Shown: piece after piece, positions 1 to 10,851 of the stretch
Layout: the number at the start of each line of letters is the position of its first letter
How positions within the stretch are numbered: position 1 is the first letter of the stretch
From: Nitrospinales bacterium
GTDB taxonomy: Bacteria; Nitrospinota; Nitrospinia; Nitrospinales; VA-1
Direction: 5' to 3'
DNA: 64,000 bases
Assembly (NCBI GenBank): GCA_965262115.1
Contig: OZ253496.1
Span: 1,984,001-2,048,000 of the forward strand
Made by a program: the position numbers and the translations under genes
The notes under the pieces: model-generated
Seen by the model: only the letters and a program-made list of their open reading frames with translations
Told to the model about the DNA's origin: nothing
Databases searched by the model: none

Positions 1-17
1 AAAGCTCCTTTTCAGAG

Positions 18-2075
18 ATGAACGGGGAGATGGGTTTTCGTAATGGAGAGCCTCTGGAGAAAATGTCGGCGACCTACAAAATCGCGTCCGGCGATTTGCT
101 CTATGTCCTGTCTGATGATTCCGAAGATGCTCTGGTGGGTTTGAGGGAAGGACTGGACTTTACTTCCGGTGAACTGATTATGAATTACCGGTCGCAGGGC
201 AACCCCACTAAGCCGGAAACTGAAAAGGAGTGGGGGAAAATTGAGTTGAAAAACTTCTCAATGAGATATCCGGACCGGTTGCAGCCTATGATAAACCTGA
301 ACGGCAATATTTCCTATGGCGATGGAAGAATAAGACTGGAAAACTTGAATGGTTGGTATGGCGATTCACCAGTTCAGTTGGAAGGAGAAATCGACCGCAG
401 AAATATCAAGAAGCTGGAGTATGCCCTGCGCTTGAACTTCCCGGGACTTGTGCAGTCTGACTTGAAGGACATCCCCGTTTTCAAGGACTTGAAATTTTCA
501 GGCCCTGCCCACGTTTCCCTGAGCCTGAATGGAAATCTGGATGCCTTCAAGTTCGAACATCAGGCCGATCTGGCACGGGTGGGATATCAAATCCCAGGTT
601 TTATGGAAAAACGGCCCAACGCCTTGAGTAAATCCAAGGCCAAAGGCAGTGTTTTAAAAAATAGGGGCTTAACCATCGACCGTTGGTCTTATGAATTGGG
701 CGGTAATCAGGTTTCAGGAACCGTTCGAATTCCTGATCTTGACAACCCTGAATTCACCATCAGCTTGGCCGCCAATAATTTTCAGGCATATTCTCCCCAG
801 CAGTTTTTTCGATTCTTTGATGCGGAGATGGATGGAAGCACCGATTTTAAAATTACCGGTTCCGGTAACTTGAATAATCTCCAGGATGCAAAATTTGAAG
901 GTGAGATGGAGTTGAAGGAACTAAAAATCCGGCTAAAAAACTTTTCATCGCCATTGACGGTGGATGCCAGCCTGAAGTTTAAGGAAGACCGCATAGACAT
1001 TCGTTCCGGAAATATCAAGGCTGATCAAAGTGAACTTAGATTTTCGGGCGTTTACCAAAGAGGCGACTCCCCCAGCCTGGATCTGAATCTCGCCGGAAAG
1101 AGATTGGAGATGGATGAAATTTTTCCCGAACCACAAGACAAAGAGATGTCTCTCATAGACCATCTGAACCAGTCTGAGTTTTTTGCCAAAGGTAAAGGCC
1201 AGATCACGTTTAGTCTGGATCAACTGGGTTACAAACTTTTAAATTTGGATCAGGTTGCAGGGAGCATTGTGCTGGAAAACAAGCAAATAGAAATGAAGAA
1301 CCTGACTTTTGCTTCCAATGCATCTGTCAAAAGTAGCGTACGGATATTGATCGATCCTCAAGGTATTGGACATATTGAGGCAGGCGTTCAAGCCCAGAAT
1401 ATGGAAACAAACAACCTGTTCGGTTTTTTTGGTGATGTGTTTAAAAACGGTTTAAGTGGAAAAGTTGAAACGATGGATGCCCGGCTCATAGGCAGTGGAA
1501 AAGACTGGAAGGAAATTGCCAGATCTCTGTCCGGCAGAATATTTCTGGACATCCGATCCGGAAGCATAAACAAGGGGAGGCTTAAAAGGGGAGTTCGCAG
1601 ATTGTTCAGTTCGATTCCTCAAAGCCATCCTTTGGAAAAAGATGAGTCGTCTTCCTTCAAACAAATTTCCGGGGAGTTTGTTTCTAAAGGCGGGGTCCTA
1701 AAAACGGAGAACTTTGTGGTCGAAACCAACAACCGGAGAACCTCCATAGTCGGCAGTTTTGATCTGGTGAACAACCAGATGGATACGGTGGTCGGGGTTG
1801 CCCCTCTAGCTGGGCTCGACCGATTTCTGACGAAAATTCCACTGGTGGGGAAAATCTTAACCGGCGGCGATGAAAAAAGTCTGCTAAAAAACTATTATAC
1901 GGTGAAAGGGGATTTTAATGATCCTGAGGTTAGCGCGATTCCTTTCACGTCCCTGGGAAAAAGGGTCGTGGGAATTTTTCAGGGTATTTTCCAGACTCCG
2001 CAGGACATCCTGACTCCTATCACAGACAGCCTGCTCGCTGTGACGCCATCCCCCCCAGTCCCTGCAAATAATTAG
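18..2075 (+). CDS. AsmA-like/YhdP-type envelope protein, C-terminal part (the gene probably starts before the window)
   Basis: Long beta-rich ORF with an AsmA_2-like C-terminus (LTKIPLVGKILTGG...YTVKGDFNDPEVS). The frame is open back to the window edge. Confidence 0.75.
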   Translation: MNGEMGFRNGEPLEKMSATYKIASGDLLYVLSDDSEDALVGLREGLDFTSGELIMNYRSQGNPTKPETEKEWGKIELKNFSMRYPDRLQPMINLNGNISYGDGRIRLENLNGWYGDSPVQLEGEIDRRNIKKLEYALRLNFPGLVQSDLKDIPVFKDLKFSGPAHVSLSLNGNLDAFKFEHQADLARVGYQIPGFMEKRPNALSKSKAKGSVLKNRGLTIDRWSYELGGNQVSGTVRIPDLDNPEFTISLAANNFQAYSPQQFFRFFDAEMDGSTDFKITGSGNLNNLQDAKFEGEMELKELKIRLKNFSSPLTVDASLKFKEDRIDIRSGNIKADQSELRFSGVYQRGDSPSLDLNLAGKRLEMDEIFPEPQDKEMSLIDHLNQSEFFAKGKGQITFSLDQLGYKLLNLDQVAGSIVLENKQIEMKNLTFASNASVKSSVRILIDPQGIGHIEAGVQAQNMETNNLFGFFGDVFKNGLSGKVETMDARLIGSGKDWKEIARSLSGRIFLDIRSGSINKGRLKRGVRRLFSSIPQSHPLEKDESSSFKQISGEFVSKGGVLKTENFVVETNNRRTSIVGSFDLVNNQMDTVVGVAPLAGLDRFLTKIPLVGKILTGGDEKSLLKNYYTVKGDFNDPEVSAIPFTSLGKRVVGIFQGIFQTPQDILTPITDSLLAVTPSPPVPANN

Positions 2076-2100
2076 CTCCACGCCTTTGCCCCTCCCGGGC

Positions 2101-2268
2101 GAGACCTTTGCATAACCCAAGATTCTTCGTTGCAATAGCTCCTCAGAATGACAAAATAGCTCTTTATTGTCATGCTGAGCTAGTGGTATTTGACCTTTGA
2201 GTTCTTGCCCCGTAGGGGTATCTCGAAGCATCTCGCTTTTCTGCTTTATAGACTTACGCAAAGCTCTC
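2101..2268. mobile_element. 168-bp MITE, copy 1
   Basis: Terminal inverted repeats GAGACCTTTGCATAA...TTACGCAAAGCTCTC; perfect 9-bp target duplication CTCCCGGGC (2092-2100 and 2269-2277); near-identical copies at 35466 and 36849. Confidence 0.9.
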
Positions 2269-2322
2269 CTCCCGGGCAAGAAAGCAAATGAAAAATATAA
2301 CTAGTGGGCGGAGGTACTCCGC

Positions 2323-2592
2323 TTACGGCTGAGAAATTTTGACGATTCTAAATTCGTTTGGAGATTTCCCCATATGCATGGCCAGAGTTGCGGTGATGGC
2401 GGCAACATGATCGTCTTGGTCACCGCTTGCAGAAGACGCGGTTTGAGGGCGAGCGGTTGCGGCAGGCGGAGCTTTATAGGGGATCAGTTTCACCAATACC
2501 TGAATGGTGAAGATCAAAATAACCAGAACGGTGAAAATCACCGTAATGGCCAGGATCGAAACGTTGGCGGCTGCTATAAATGAAGCTTCCAT
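2323..2592 (-). CDS. oadG: Na+-translocating decarboxylase gamma subunit
   Basis: Single N-terminal TM helix, Pro/Ala linker and VAAITA motif; directly downstream of oadB. Confidence 0.85.
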   Translation of the reverse strand: MEASFIAAANVSILAITVIFTVLVILIFTIQVLVKLIPYKAPPAATARPQTASSASGDQDDHVAAITATLAMHMGKSPNEFRIVKISQP

Positions 2593-2610
2593 AAAGAAAG
2601 TTCTCTTTTG

Positions 2611-3858
2611 CTAGTTTACCCCGGCGGCTACTACGTCGGCCACTTGGGCCATCGCGGCTTTGATACCGGGTTCTACTGTGCCAATCACATCAACGATAGC
2701 GGCATGTGGTTCTGTGACTGCCGGGATATCCCCGAACAGGGAGATGAACACACCTGCGGCCACGGCGCTACCAATAACACCTGCGACATTCGGGCCCATT
2801 GCGTGCATCAATAAAAAATTTGAAGAGTCTGCTTCCGCACCGACTTTCTGGGAAACCCTTGCTGCCATAGGAACCGCCGAGACCCCTGCCGAACCAATGA
2901 GCGGATTCACCCGGCCTCCGGTCATTTTGCACATGAGTTTGCCAAAAAGCACCCCCCCCGCCGTGGCAATACAGAAAGCCAATAAGCCCAGTACAATAAT
3001 TTTAAGGGTTTCAAGTCGCAAAAAAGAATCGGCAGTCATGGAAGAACCCACGGCCAACGCTAAAAGAATGGTGACGATATTGATCAAATGAGTTTCCGAA
3101 GTTTCGTGCAAGCGAGCGGTGACCCCGGATTCGCGGAACAAGTTGCCCAGCATCAGCATTCCCAAAAGCGTGGTGACGCCGGGTAACATCAAACAACAGA
3201 CGATGGTCACCACCACGGGGAAAAGAATCTTCACCGTTTGGGATATCGGCTTTAATTGTGCCATTTTGATTTTCCGCTCCTTCTCCGTCGTTAAAAGTTT
3301 CATGATCGGAGGTTGGATAAGCGGAACCAGGGACATATAGGAATAAGCCGCTACGGCAATCGGAGCAAGCAGATGCGGGGCCAGCTTGCTGGCTATAAAA
3401 ATAGATGTGGGTCCATCTGCACCGCCGATGATGCCGATGGCACTGGCTTCATGCATGTTGAACCCGAGCAGTACGGCGCCAATGAGGGTGACATAGACAC
3501 CCACCTGGGCGGCGGCACCGAGAATAAGCGTTGCGGGATTGGCCAAAAGCGGACCAAAGTCTGTCAACGCACCCACTCCCAGAAAAATCAGCGGAGGAAG
3601 GATTTCATGTTTGATGCCCTGATAAAAAAAATTGAGGAGCCCTCCGGCATCGGTGCTTGCCATCATGCTCATGGGAATGTTGGCAAGCAGGCATCCGAAA
3701 CCAATGGGAAGGAGTAGAAGCGGTTCAAACTTTTTCCAGATCGCTAGATAGAGCAGAAGGCAAGCGACCACGAGCATGATCACATCGCCACCCTCCAGAC
3801 TGGAGAATCCGGTGGTGGTTAATATTTTAGTAGCGGATGCGCCAAAACTGAATTCCAT
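2611..3858 (-). CDS. oadB: Na+-translocating oxaloacetate decarboxylase beta subunit
   Basis: Signature motifs [35 protein letters not shown] and [13 protein letters not shown]. Confidence 0.95.
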   Translation of the reverse strand: MEFSFGASATKILTTTGFSSLEGGDVIMLVVACLLLYLAIWKKFEPLLLLPIGFGCLLANIPMSMMASTDAGGLLNFFYQGIKHEILPPLIFLGVGALTDFGPLLANPATLILGAAAQVGVYVTLIGAVLLGFNMHEASAIGIIGGADGPTSIFIASKLAPHLLAPIAVAAYSYMSLVPLIQPPIMKLLTTEKERKIKMAQLKPISQTVKILFPVVVTIVCCLMLPGVTTLLGMLMLGNLFRESGVTARLHETSETHLINIVTILLALAVGSSMTADSFLRLETLKIIVLGLLAFCIATAGGVLFGKLMCKMTGGRVNPLIGSAGVSAVPMAARVSQKVGAEADSSNFLLMHAMGPNVAGVIGSAVAAGVFISLFGDIPAVTEPHAAIVDVIGTVEPGIKAAMAQVADVVAAGVN

Positions 3859-5651
3859 TATCCTATAATGACCAGTTCATCGCCGGTTTGCACACTATCT
3901 CCTTCTTTAACCAGGATAGATTGAATGGTTCCGGATTGATGGGCTGCGATTTCTGATTCCATTTTCATGGATTCCATAACAAGAACGGTATCTCCTTCCT
4001 TCACCGAATCGCCTTCTTTGCATTTCATGGAGAAGATGGACCCTGGAAGGGGTGCCACCAACGGAGAACCATTTGCAGTGCTGGCTGCGGGAGCGGCAAC
4101 CGGTGTAGCAGGTGCCGCCGCAGTTATTGCCGGGGATGCGCCAACCGCCCCTCCGGTTGAAACTTCAACGGTATAATCTTTTCCATTAACCCGAACACTA
4201 TAAACTACCGATCCTGCAGGAGCCGGGGCTACAGCGGCTGCAGTGGCTGGAGCGGCTGCGGTGGTCGGTGCGTTTGCCGGAGCTTTGGCTTGCGCGGCTG
4301 CGGCTTTCGGTTGAGGTTTTCCTCGAGTCTCAAAAAACTTAAGCGCCACTTTTGGAAACAGGGCATACGTCAACCGGTCTTCTTCGCGGGTGTATTTATC
4401 ACCCAATTCCTTGCAAACCGTATCCCATTCAGGTTCGAGCAAATCAGCGGGACGGCAGTCGGTGATCTTTCCATCTGCAGAAACTTTACTCATCAGTTGT
4501 TCATCGATTGCGGCGGGAAGTTTTCCGTAGTTGCCCAGGACACATTGTCGGGTTTCTTTGGTGATGATTTTATAACGCTCCCCTGTCAATACGTTCAAGG
4601 TTGCCTGGGAGCCGACGATCTGGCTGGTCGGTGTGACCAGCGGAGGGTAGCCCATATCTTTGCGTACTCGGGGAACCTCTTTGAGCACTTCATCGAGTTT
4701 GTCGAGCGCGTTTTGTTCCTTTAATTGGTTTTCCATATTGGAAATCATACCGCCAGGAATTTGCGATTTGAGGATATTGATATCCACACCCTTAAAATCG
4801 CTTTCGAACTCCGCATAATTTTTCTTCACTTCAGTGAAGTGATCATTGATTTCTTCAAGCAGGTCAAGATCGAGACCGGTGTCTCGGGGGGTTCCTTTCA
4901 GGCCCGCCACCAGACATTCCGTGGCGTAATGGGATGTTCCCATAGATAAGGAAGAGATTGCGGTGTCCACCATATCCACTCCGTCCTCTATGGCGCATTG
5001 CATGTTCATGCCTACCAGTCCGGTCGTTGCATGGGTGTGCAAATTGATCGGAATCTTGATGGATTTTTTGAGTTCGGTGATCAGGGTCTTGGTCACATTG
5101 GGAGTCAGGAGGCCCGCCATGTCTTTAATGCAGAGAATGTCGGAACCCATCTCCTCCAGCTTTTTCCCCATTTCCAGGTAGAGCCCGATATTGTGAACCG
5201 GGCTGACGGTGTAGCTGATGCACCCTTCGACGGTTTCCCCGCATTTTTTTACGGTTTTGATAGCGGTTTCAATATTGCGAAAGTCATTGAGGGCGTCGAA
5301 TATCCTGAATATATTGATTCCAACATCCACCGATTGCTTGACAAACCGCTCGACGATATCATCGGCATAATGCCGGTAACCGACGGCGTTCTGCCCTCTC
5401 AGCAGCATTTGAAGGGGGGTGTTGGGCATTTTTTTCTTGAGAGCCCGGGCGCGTTCCCAGGGATCTTCATTGAGAAACCGGATGCAGGTGTCAAAGGTTG
5501 CTCCACCCCACATTTCCAGGGAGAAAAAACCCACCTGGTCGAGTTTTTCGGCGATGGGGAGCATATCCTCGGTCCGCATTCGGGTTGCAAGAAGGGATTG
5601 ATGTGCATCCCGCAAGACAAGTTCGGTGATTTTGAGTGGATTGGTTTCCAT
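3858..5651 (-). CDS. oadA: Oxaloacetate decarboxylase alpha subunit (carboxyltransferase plus biotinyl domain)
   Basis: [20 protein letters not shown] and [10 protein letters not shown] motifs; Ala/Pro linker; biotin-attachment motif ESMKME. Confidence 0.95.
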   Translation of the reverse strand: METNPLKITELVLRDAHQSLLATRMRTEDMLPIAEKLDQVGFFSLEMWGGATFDTCIRFLNEDPWERARALKKKMPNTPLQMLLRGQNAVGYRHYADDIVERFVKQSVDVGINIFRIFDALNDFRNIETAIKTVKKCGETVEGCISYTVSPVHNIGLYLEMGKKLEEMGSDILCIKDMAGLLTPNVTKTLITELKKSIKIPINLHTHATTGLVGMNMQCAIEDGVDMVDTAISSLSMGTSHYATECLVAGLKGTPRDTGLDLDLLEEINDHFTEVKKNYAEFESDFKGVDINILKSQIPGGMISNMENQLKEQNALDKLDEVLKEVPRVRKDMGYPPLVTPTSQIVGSQATLNVLTGERYKIITKETRQCVLGNYGKLPAAIDEQLMSKVSADGKITDCRPADLLEPEWDTVCKELGDKYTREEDRLTYALFPKVALKFFETRGKPQPKAAAAQAKAPANAPTTAAAPATAAAVAPAPAGSVVYSVRVNGKDYTVEVSTGGAVGASPAITAAAPATPVAAPAASTANGSPLVAPLPGSIFSMKCKEGDSVKEGDTVLVMESMKMESEIAAHQSGTIQSILVKEGDSVQTGDELVIIG

Positions 5652-5876
5652 GCTATTTAAATTCCTTTATGGGCCAGGGAGACCCTGGGCACCCGAAAAT
5701 TAAGTTCTACAAACCAATGTCTGACCAGCATCCCGAAACTCATTTTGACCCGGTTTCCCCTCTGATTTTTCTTGCAAGCCAGCCAGGTCTTTTCCTATGA
5801 GTTTTTAGTGTTGCCAAGGGCAAAGTTCAGGCTGGGAACCCGAAATTTTAATTTATTGCGGGGTCAAAATCAAATC

Positions 5877-7349
5877 TTATTTGCGCCAGGTCATGGGCAG
5901 GAAAAGCAGCATGACACCGTAAATTTCAAGCCTTCCTAACAGCATGAAAAAGATGAGAATGCCCTTTCCCATAGCCGGGATTACTGCATAGCTCGCCATC
6001 GCGCCGACATTGCCCAGACCCGGGCCTATATTGAAAAGGGAAGCCACAGTCGCCGACAATGCTGTGGTGAGGTCTACCCCCATTGCTGAGAGAAGCACCC
6101 CGCCCAAAGCTGTAAAGCCCATAAACAGGAAGGTCAGGGCGGCCACATTGGAAAGATCATCCGCGTCAATGCTTTTATCTCCCACTTTGACGTGGAAAAT
6201 GGCGCGCGGGTACACCAGGTTTTTAAGTTCCCGCATAATGATTTTCAGCAGGATGATAAACCGAATGACTTTGAACGACCCGCTGGTGGAGCCGGAGCAC
6301 CCACCCACCATCATGACCACGACAAGAAAAAGTTTTAAGTACTCCGGCCATACATTGAAATCATCCGTGACAAAACCGGTGGTGGTATTAATGGAAACAA
6401 CGGTGAACGCCGCACTGCGGAAGGCCTGGCCCACATCACCAGTAGGGGAAACGCGGGTGAGGCCCCAGGTGACAAACAGAATGCCTACAAGAATCAACGC
6501 ACAATAGGCCTGGAACTCCGGGTTCTTGAAGATGACGGAAAAATTTCTTCGCACCAGTTGGAAATGTAGGGCGAAGTTGATTCCTCCCAGAAACATGAAA
6601 AGAATAATGATGCTCTCGATATAAACATTATTCAAAGCACCGATACTGCCGTTATGCGGTGAAAATCCGCCCGTCGCCACCGTGGAAAAAGTGTGGCAAA
6701 TCGAATCGAACCAATCTAAACCGGCAAAATGCAGTGCAAAAATTTCGATGAGGGTCAGAGCAAGATATGTTTTCCAAAGGATTTTTGCGGTCTCGACCAG
6801 CCGTGGTTGTGTTTGTTCCACGGTCGACCCACCGGGAATTTCTGCTTTGAACAGGTGGAAGCTGCCGATCCCCAGCATGGGAAAGATGGCCAGGGAAAGC
6901 AGAATGATTCCCATTCCTCCGATCCACTGCATCAAGTTTCTCCAGAACAGGATGCCGTGCGGCACCACGTCGATATCCTGAAGAATAGAAGCACCAGTGG
7001 TGGTGAAGCCGCTGGTGCTTTCAAAAAACGCGTCAATGAACTCCGGACAGGCTCCGCTCAAATAAAATGGCAGTGCGCCGAATGCGGACATGGAAAGCCA
7101 GGAAACGGTGACAATGGCAAATCCCTCACGATCCCGGAGTTTTGCTAATCCGGAGGGAAACAGTTTCCACAATATCAGGCCGGATGCCAGGCTGAGTCCA
7201 AATGTCCAGCCAAACGCCGAGGTCTCGGACATGAAACCCTCAATAGGAGCGTGGCCGTAATACAGCGAAACGCCTATGGGGACCAGAGTCAAACCGGAAA
7301 GAAGGACCAGCAGAACTCCTACGACATTGAAAATGGATTGGATATTCAT
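5877..7349 (-). CDS. trkH: Trk K+ uptake membrane protein
   Basis: Pore-loop motifs FFESTSGFTTTG, TVATGGF, TTTGF and FNIGPG; C-terminal GRLEI. Confidence 0.95.
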   Translation of the reverse strand: MNIQSIFNVVGVLLVLLSGLTLVPIGVSLYYGHAPIEGFMSETSAFGWTFGLSLASGLILWKLFPSGLAKLRDREGFAIVTVSWLSMSAFGALPFYLSGACPEFIDAFFESTSGFTTTGASILQDIDVVPHGILFWRNLMQWIGGMGIILLSLAIFPMLGIGSFHLFKAEIPGGSTVEQTQPRLVETAKILWKTYLALTLIEIFALHFAGLDWFDSICHTFSTVATGGFSPHNGSIGALNNVYIESIIILFMFLGGINFALHFQLVRRNFSVIFKNPEFQAYCALILVGILFVTWGLTRVSPTGDVGQAFRSAAFTVVSINTTTGFVTDDFNVWPEYLKLFLVVVMMVGGCSGSTSGSFKVIRFIILLKIIMRELKNLVYPRAIFHVKVGDKSIDADDLSNVAALTFLFMGFTALGGVLLSAMGVDLTTALSATVASLFNIGPGLGNVGAMASYAVIPAMGKGILIFFMLLGRLEIYGVMLLFLPMTWRK

Positions 7350-8713
7350 CTGAAGGGAAGGAAAGATCTTTTGCGGTCGAACAGTTTCTCGATTTTTTCG
7401 ATGGTTCCGGGCAGGGCCACCACGATGACCGAATCACCCGCTTCGATGGTGACATCGTCATTGGAGAGTATCATTTCCCCCCTCCTGAGGAGAGCCCCGA
7501 TGATCGCACCTTTAGGGAAATTGATTTTGCCGATTTGTTTGTTGACGATGGAAGAGTCTTCTTCCACCCCGATCTCCATCACTTCGGCGTATTCAATCAG
7601 TTTGAAGACCGACATGACCCGGCCCTTCCGCAAATGTTTCAGGATGGCGCTGACCGTGATGAGTCTCGGGTTGATGGTGATGTCCATCCCGATGGAATCC
7701 AGGATGGGCAGGTATTCCGGGTCGTGAGTGATGACCAGAGCGCGTTTGGCGCCATACTTTTTTGCCAACAGGGCAGAAAGAATATTGTTTTCATCATCGT
7801 GGGAAAGAGCCAGAAAAAAATCGGCATCCTTCATGTTGATCTCGTTAAACAAATCCATGTCGGTGCCACTGCCATGTTGAACAACGGTGCGTTTAAGCTT
7901 ATCGGCAGCCCGGTGCGCTTTTTCCCTGGAAGGTTCGATGATGCAGACGTCACGCATGTCTTCTTCCAGGGCCTTGGCCAACTGAGTGGATGTGGATGTG
8001 GCGCCATAAATGATAATTTTTTCCACCTGGTCGAGGGTTCGGTTCAGCATGGGCAAAAGGAAAGGCAAAAATTCTTTGTCGACCAGAGTGTAAAACCGGT
8101 CACCCGCCTGCAGGATATCCTGATCTTTTGGGATGACCAGTTCGCCGTCGCGGACAATGGCGACGATCAGAAACGAGTCCATTTGCGTGATACTGCGAAT
8201 GTCTTGAATGGTCTTGCCTGCAATGGGGGCGTTTTCCGGTACGTCAAACTCGCGCAGAAGAACTTCGCCGTCAGCAAATTCCGCGACGCTGACCACGCCG
8301 GGAGTTTCGAGAATTTTCAGAATGGTTTCGACAATGATCTGGCCGGGGTTGATGGCCTGGTTGACGCATAATTCTTCCGGAGTGAAAACACTTTCGTTTT
8401 CGGTGAATTCCATGTTGCGGAGTCTGGCAAAGCGCTTGGGGACATTAAATCGGGAGGCCAGGAAGCAGGCGAGCAAGTTGATCTCATCCTTTTCGGTGAC
8501 CGCGATCAGCATTTCGGAGGACTTGATCCCCGCCTTCATGAGCACACTGGGGAAACAGGCATTGCCTTCCACCGCCAAAACGTCCAACGTGTCAGTGATG
8601 CGCCGGGTTCTTTCCGGGTCCTGATCCACGATAGCAATATCATGGCCTTCCTGGGAAAGCTCCTGAGCGAGGTTGTATCCGACTATGCCGGCACCCACAA
8701 TGAGTATTCTCAT
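7346..8713 (-). CDS. trkA: Trk K+ uptake regulatory protein (two RCK domains)
   Basis: N-terminal GAGIVG Rossmann motif, duplicated RCK architecture, 455 aa, overlaps trkH. Confidence 0.95.
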   Translation of the reverse strand: MRILIVGAGIVGYNLAQELSQEGHDIAIVDQDPERTRRITDTLDVLAVEGNACFPSVLMKAGIKSSEMLIAVTEKDEINLLACFLASRFNVPKRFARLRNMEFTENESVFTPEELCVNQAINPGQIIVETILKILETPGVVSVAEFADGEVLLREFDVPENAPIAGKTIQDIRSITQMDSFLIVAIVRDGELVIPKDQDILQAGDRFYTLVDKEFLPFLLPMLNRTLDQVEKIIIYGATSTSTQLAKALEEDMRDVCIIEPSREKAHRAADKLKRTVVQHGSGTDMDLFNEINMKDADFFLALSHDDENNILSALLAKKYGAKRALVITHDPEYLPILDSIGMDITINPRLITVSAILKHLRKGRVMSVFKLIEYAEVMEIGVEEDSSIVNKQIGKINFPKGAIIGALLRRGEMILSNDDVTIEAGDSVIVVALPGTIEKIEKLFDRKRSFLPFR

Positions 8714-8799
8714 GCCACCTGATAAGTAAAGAGAACGGTTCTCACTCTATATAATAATGATATTCCATGATTTTTGCCACTCCGGTCATGGAAAAAGGT

Positions 8800-9651
8800 T
8801 TATTTGGATTTGTTCAGGAATCCCAGGAAATCGGAATCTTCAGACATAAGGAGAGTGGTGTCGGTTTTTAAAGAGTTCTTATAAGCTTCCATGGAACGCA
8901 TGAAAGAATAAAATTTTGGGTCTTTGTTGTAAGCATCCGCATAAACTTTGGTTGCGACCGCATCGCCTTCACCTCGAACGGTCTGTTCCTCTTTGTAGGC
9001 TTCGGCAATGAGAATGGTTTTTTCCTTATCCGTTTCAGCGCGAATTTTGGTGGCTTCTTCTTTTCCTTCAGACCGATATTCCATGGCGATGCGCTCACGC
9101 TCTGTGCGCATGCGGTTAAAAATGGAGTTGGCGATTTCTGGTGGCAGATCGGTCCGCTTGATGCGCACCTCGACAACCTGAATGCCATATTCGGCGGCTT
9201 TGATGTTGGCTTCTTTGGTGACCTTGGACATGATCGTATCCCGGGTTTCCGTGACGATATCGTGCAAGCCATGAGTACCGATTTCAACCCGCAACTCGGA
9301 GTAGATGATGTCATCCAACCGAGCCCGCGCGCCCTGTTCCCCGCGAACGGTTTCCAGAAATTTCAATGGGTCCACGATGCGAAACATGGTGAAGTTATCG
9401 ATCAACATATTTTTCTTATCTTTGGTGATAACTTCAGCCGGGTTAGAATCGTTATCCAGCAATTGCCGGGAAAAGTATCGAACCTGCTGCAAGAAGGGAA
9501 TTTTGAAATAAAGCCCGGGTTCTGTGATGATCTCTTTAGGTTTTTGCAGTTCCAGCACCACAGCGCTCTGGGTCATATGAACTGTGAACATGGAGGACGA
9601 TATCAAAATGATGGCAAGAACGCCACCTATAATCAGGGCATTTTGTTTCAT
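8800..9651 (-). CDS. hflC: FtsH modulator HflC
   Basis: SPFH domain, PGLYFKIPF and RMRTERERIA motifs; follows hflK. Confidence 0.95.
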   Translation of the reverse strand: MKQNALIIGGVLAIILISSSMFTVHMTQSAVVLELQKPKEIITEPGLYFKIPFLQQVRYFSRQLLDNDSNPAEVITKDKKNMLIDNFTMFRIVDPLKFLETVRGEQGARARLDDIIYSELRVEIGTHGLHDIVTETRDTIMSKVTKEANIKAAEYGIQVVEVRIKRTDLPPEIANSIFNRMRTERERIAMEYRSEGKEEATKIRAETDKEKTILIAEAYKEEQTVRGEGDAVATKVYADAYNKDPKFYSFMRSMEAYKNSLKTDTTLLMSEDSDFLGFLNKSK

Positions 9652-9653
9652 AG

Positions 9654-10700
9654 CTATCTATTGCCTCCCATCAAGTTACCACCCAGCGGGAGGATCGGCA
9701 AAACACTGCCACCCTTTTTGTTATCCATAATGAATTTTTTGATGTTAGGAAGAACCTCTTCCATCGTTTCAAGATAAATCCTTTTGCGGGTGATTTCTGG
9801 GGCTTTTTTGTACTCCGCGTATTGTTGCAGAAAACGCTTGGCGTCACCCTCGGCTGTTTTGATGACTTTTTCCAGGTACCCTTCTGCCTCCCGGACAATT
9901 TTCGCGGCTTGTCCACGCGCTTCCGGGATAACCGCGTTACGGTAACCCTGGGCTTCGTTGATCATTCGCTCTTTGTCTTCCCGGGCGCTGACAACATCCT
10001 TGAACGCGGCTTCAACCTGCTCCGGAGGATGCACATCTTGAAGCTGAATAGTCACAACCTGCAGGCCGGATTCGTATCTATCAAGCAGTACCTGAATCTG
10101 ACCCTTGGCGAGAATCTGAATTTCCGCTTTGCCGGTGGTCAACGCCTCATCGATATTTTTGCTACCGATGATTCCGCGAATGACCGTCTCGGCGGCATCG
10201 CGAATCAGTTTGTGAGGCCGTCTCACATTGAACAGGAATTTCACCGAATCCATAATCCGGTACTGAACAACGAGATTGATATCGATAATATTCTGGTCAC
10301 CGGTCAGCATAAGAGACTCGGCGGGAACCCTTTGCAGAGGCCTTCCTTGCGAAGTCCTGAATCCGATTTCTGCCCTTCGCACTTGGCGAATTGCCGGGGT
10401 CGCTGCATGCTCAATGGGGGAGGGCCACTTGAAGTGCACGCCCGGTGAAGTGGTGCGGCTGAATTTCCCGAATGTGGTGACCACGCCTTCTTCATCCGGT
10501 TCGACAAAGTAAAAGGTTCCCGGCACAATCCATACTACAAGCAGGAGCAGGATGATCCCCAATATAATGGAGGGTTTGAATTGTGGAACTTTGAATTGTG
10601 GAATGTCAAAAGGCGGTTTTTGCGAACCCCCACCTTGTCCACCGCCTCCTTTAAATCGGTCTTCGGGGCCTTTCGGCTCGTGTAAATCGTCCCAGGGCAT
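9654..10700 (-). CDS. hflK: FtsH modulator HflK
   Basis: MPW start, Gly-rich N-terminus, MLTGDQNI and TRKRIYLETME motifs. Confidence 0.95.
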   Translation of the reverse strand: MPWDDLHEPKGPEDRFKGGGGQGGGSQKPPFDIPQFKVPQFKPSIILGIILLLLVVWIVPGTFYFVEPDEEGVVTTFGKFSRTTSPGVHFKWPSPIEHAATPAIRQVRRAEIGFRTSQGRPLQRVPAESLMLTGDQNIIDINLVVQYRIMDSVKFLFNVRRPHKLIRDAAETVIRGIIGSKNIDEALTTGKAEIQILAKGQIQVLLDRYESGLQVVTIQLQDVHPPEQVEAAFKDVVSAREDKERMINEAQGYRNAVIPEARGQAAKIVREAEGYLEKVIKTAEGDAKRFLQQYAEYKKAPEITRKRIYLETMEEVLPNIKKFIMDNKKGGSVLPILPLGGNLMGGNR

Positions 10701-10851
10701 ATTTTAAATCACAAAAAAGTTAGACATATGTTAGCGGGTTACGCTATCAGACTGCTCAAGTCTTGTCAATCATAAGGCGGAGAACCTCCGCTGTAGTTTT
10801 TTAATGCCAGGAAGATGAGTCTATTTCCAATTACCACCGGCGGTACGCCGG

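Noticed and set aside
1884..2279. ORFs sharing TPTGQE.KGQI.LAQHDNK (also at 35390 and 36785) as a protein family
   Set aside because: They are translations of the MITE minus strand.
4998..10448. Long antisense ORFs (for example 4998-5660, 7535-8371, 9822-10448)
   Set aside because: They are shadows of well-identified genes on the opposite strand.
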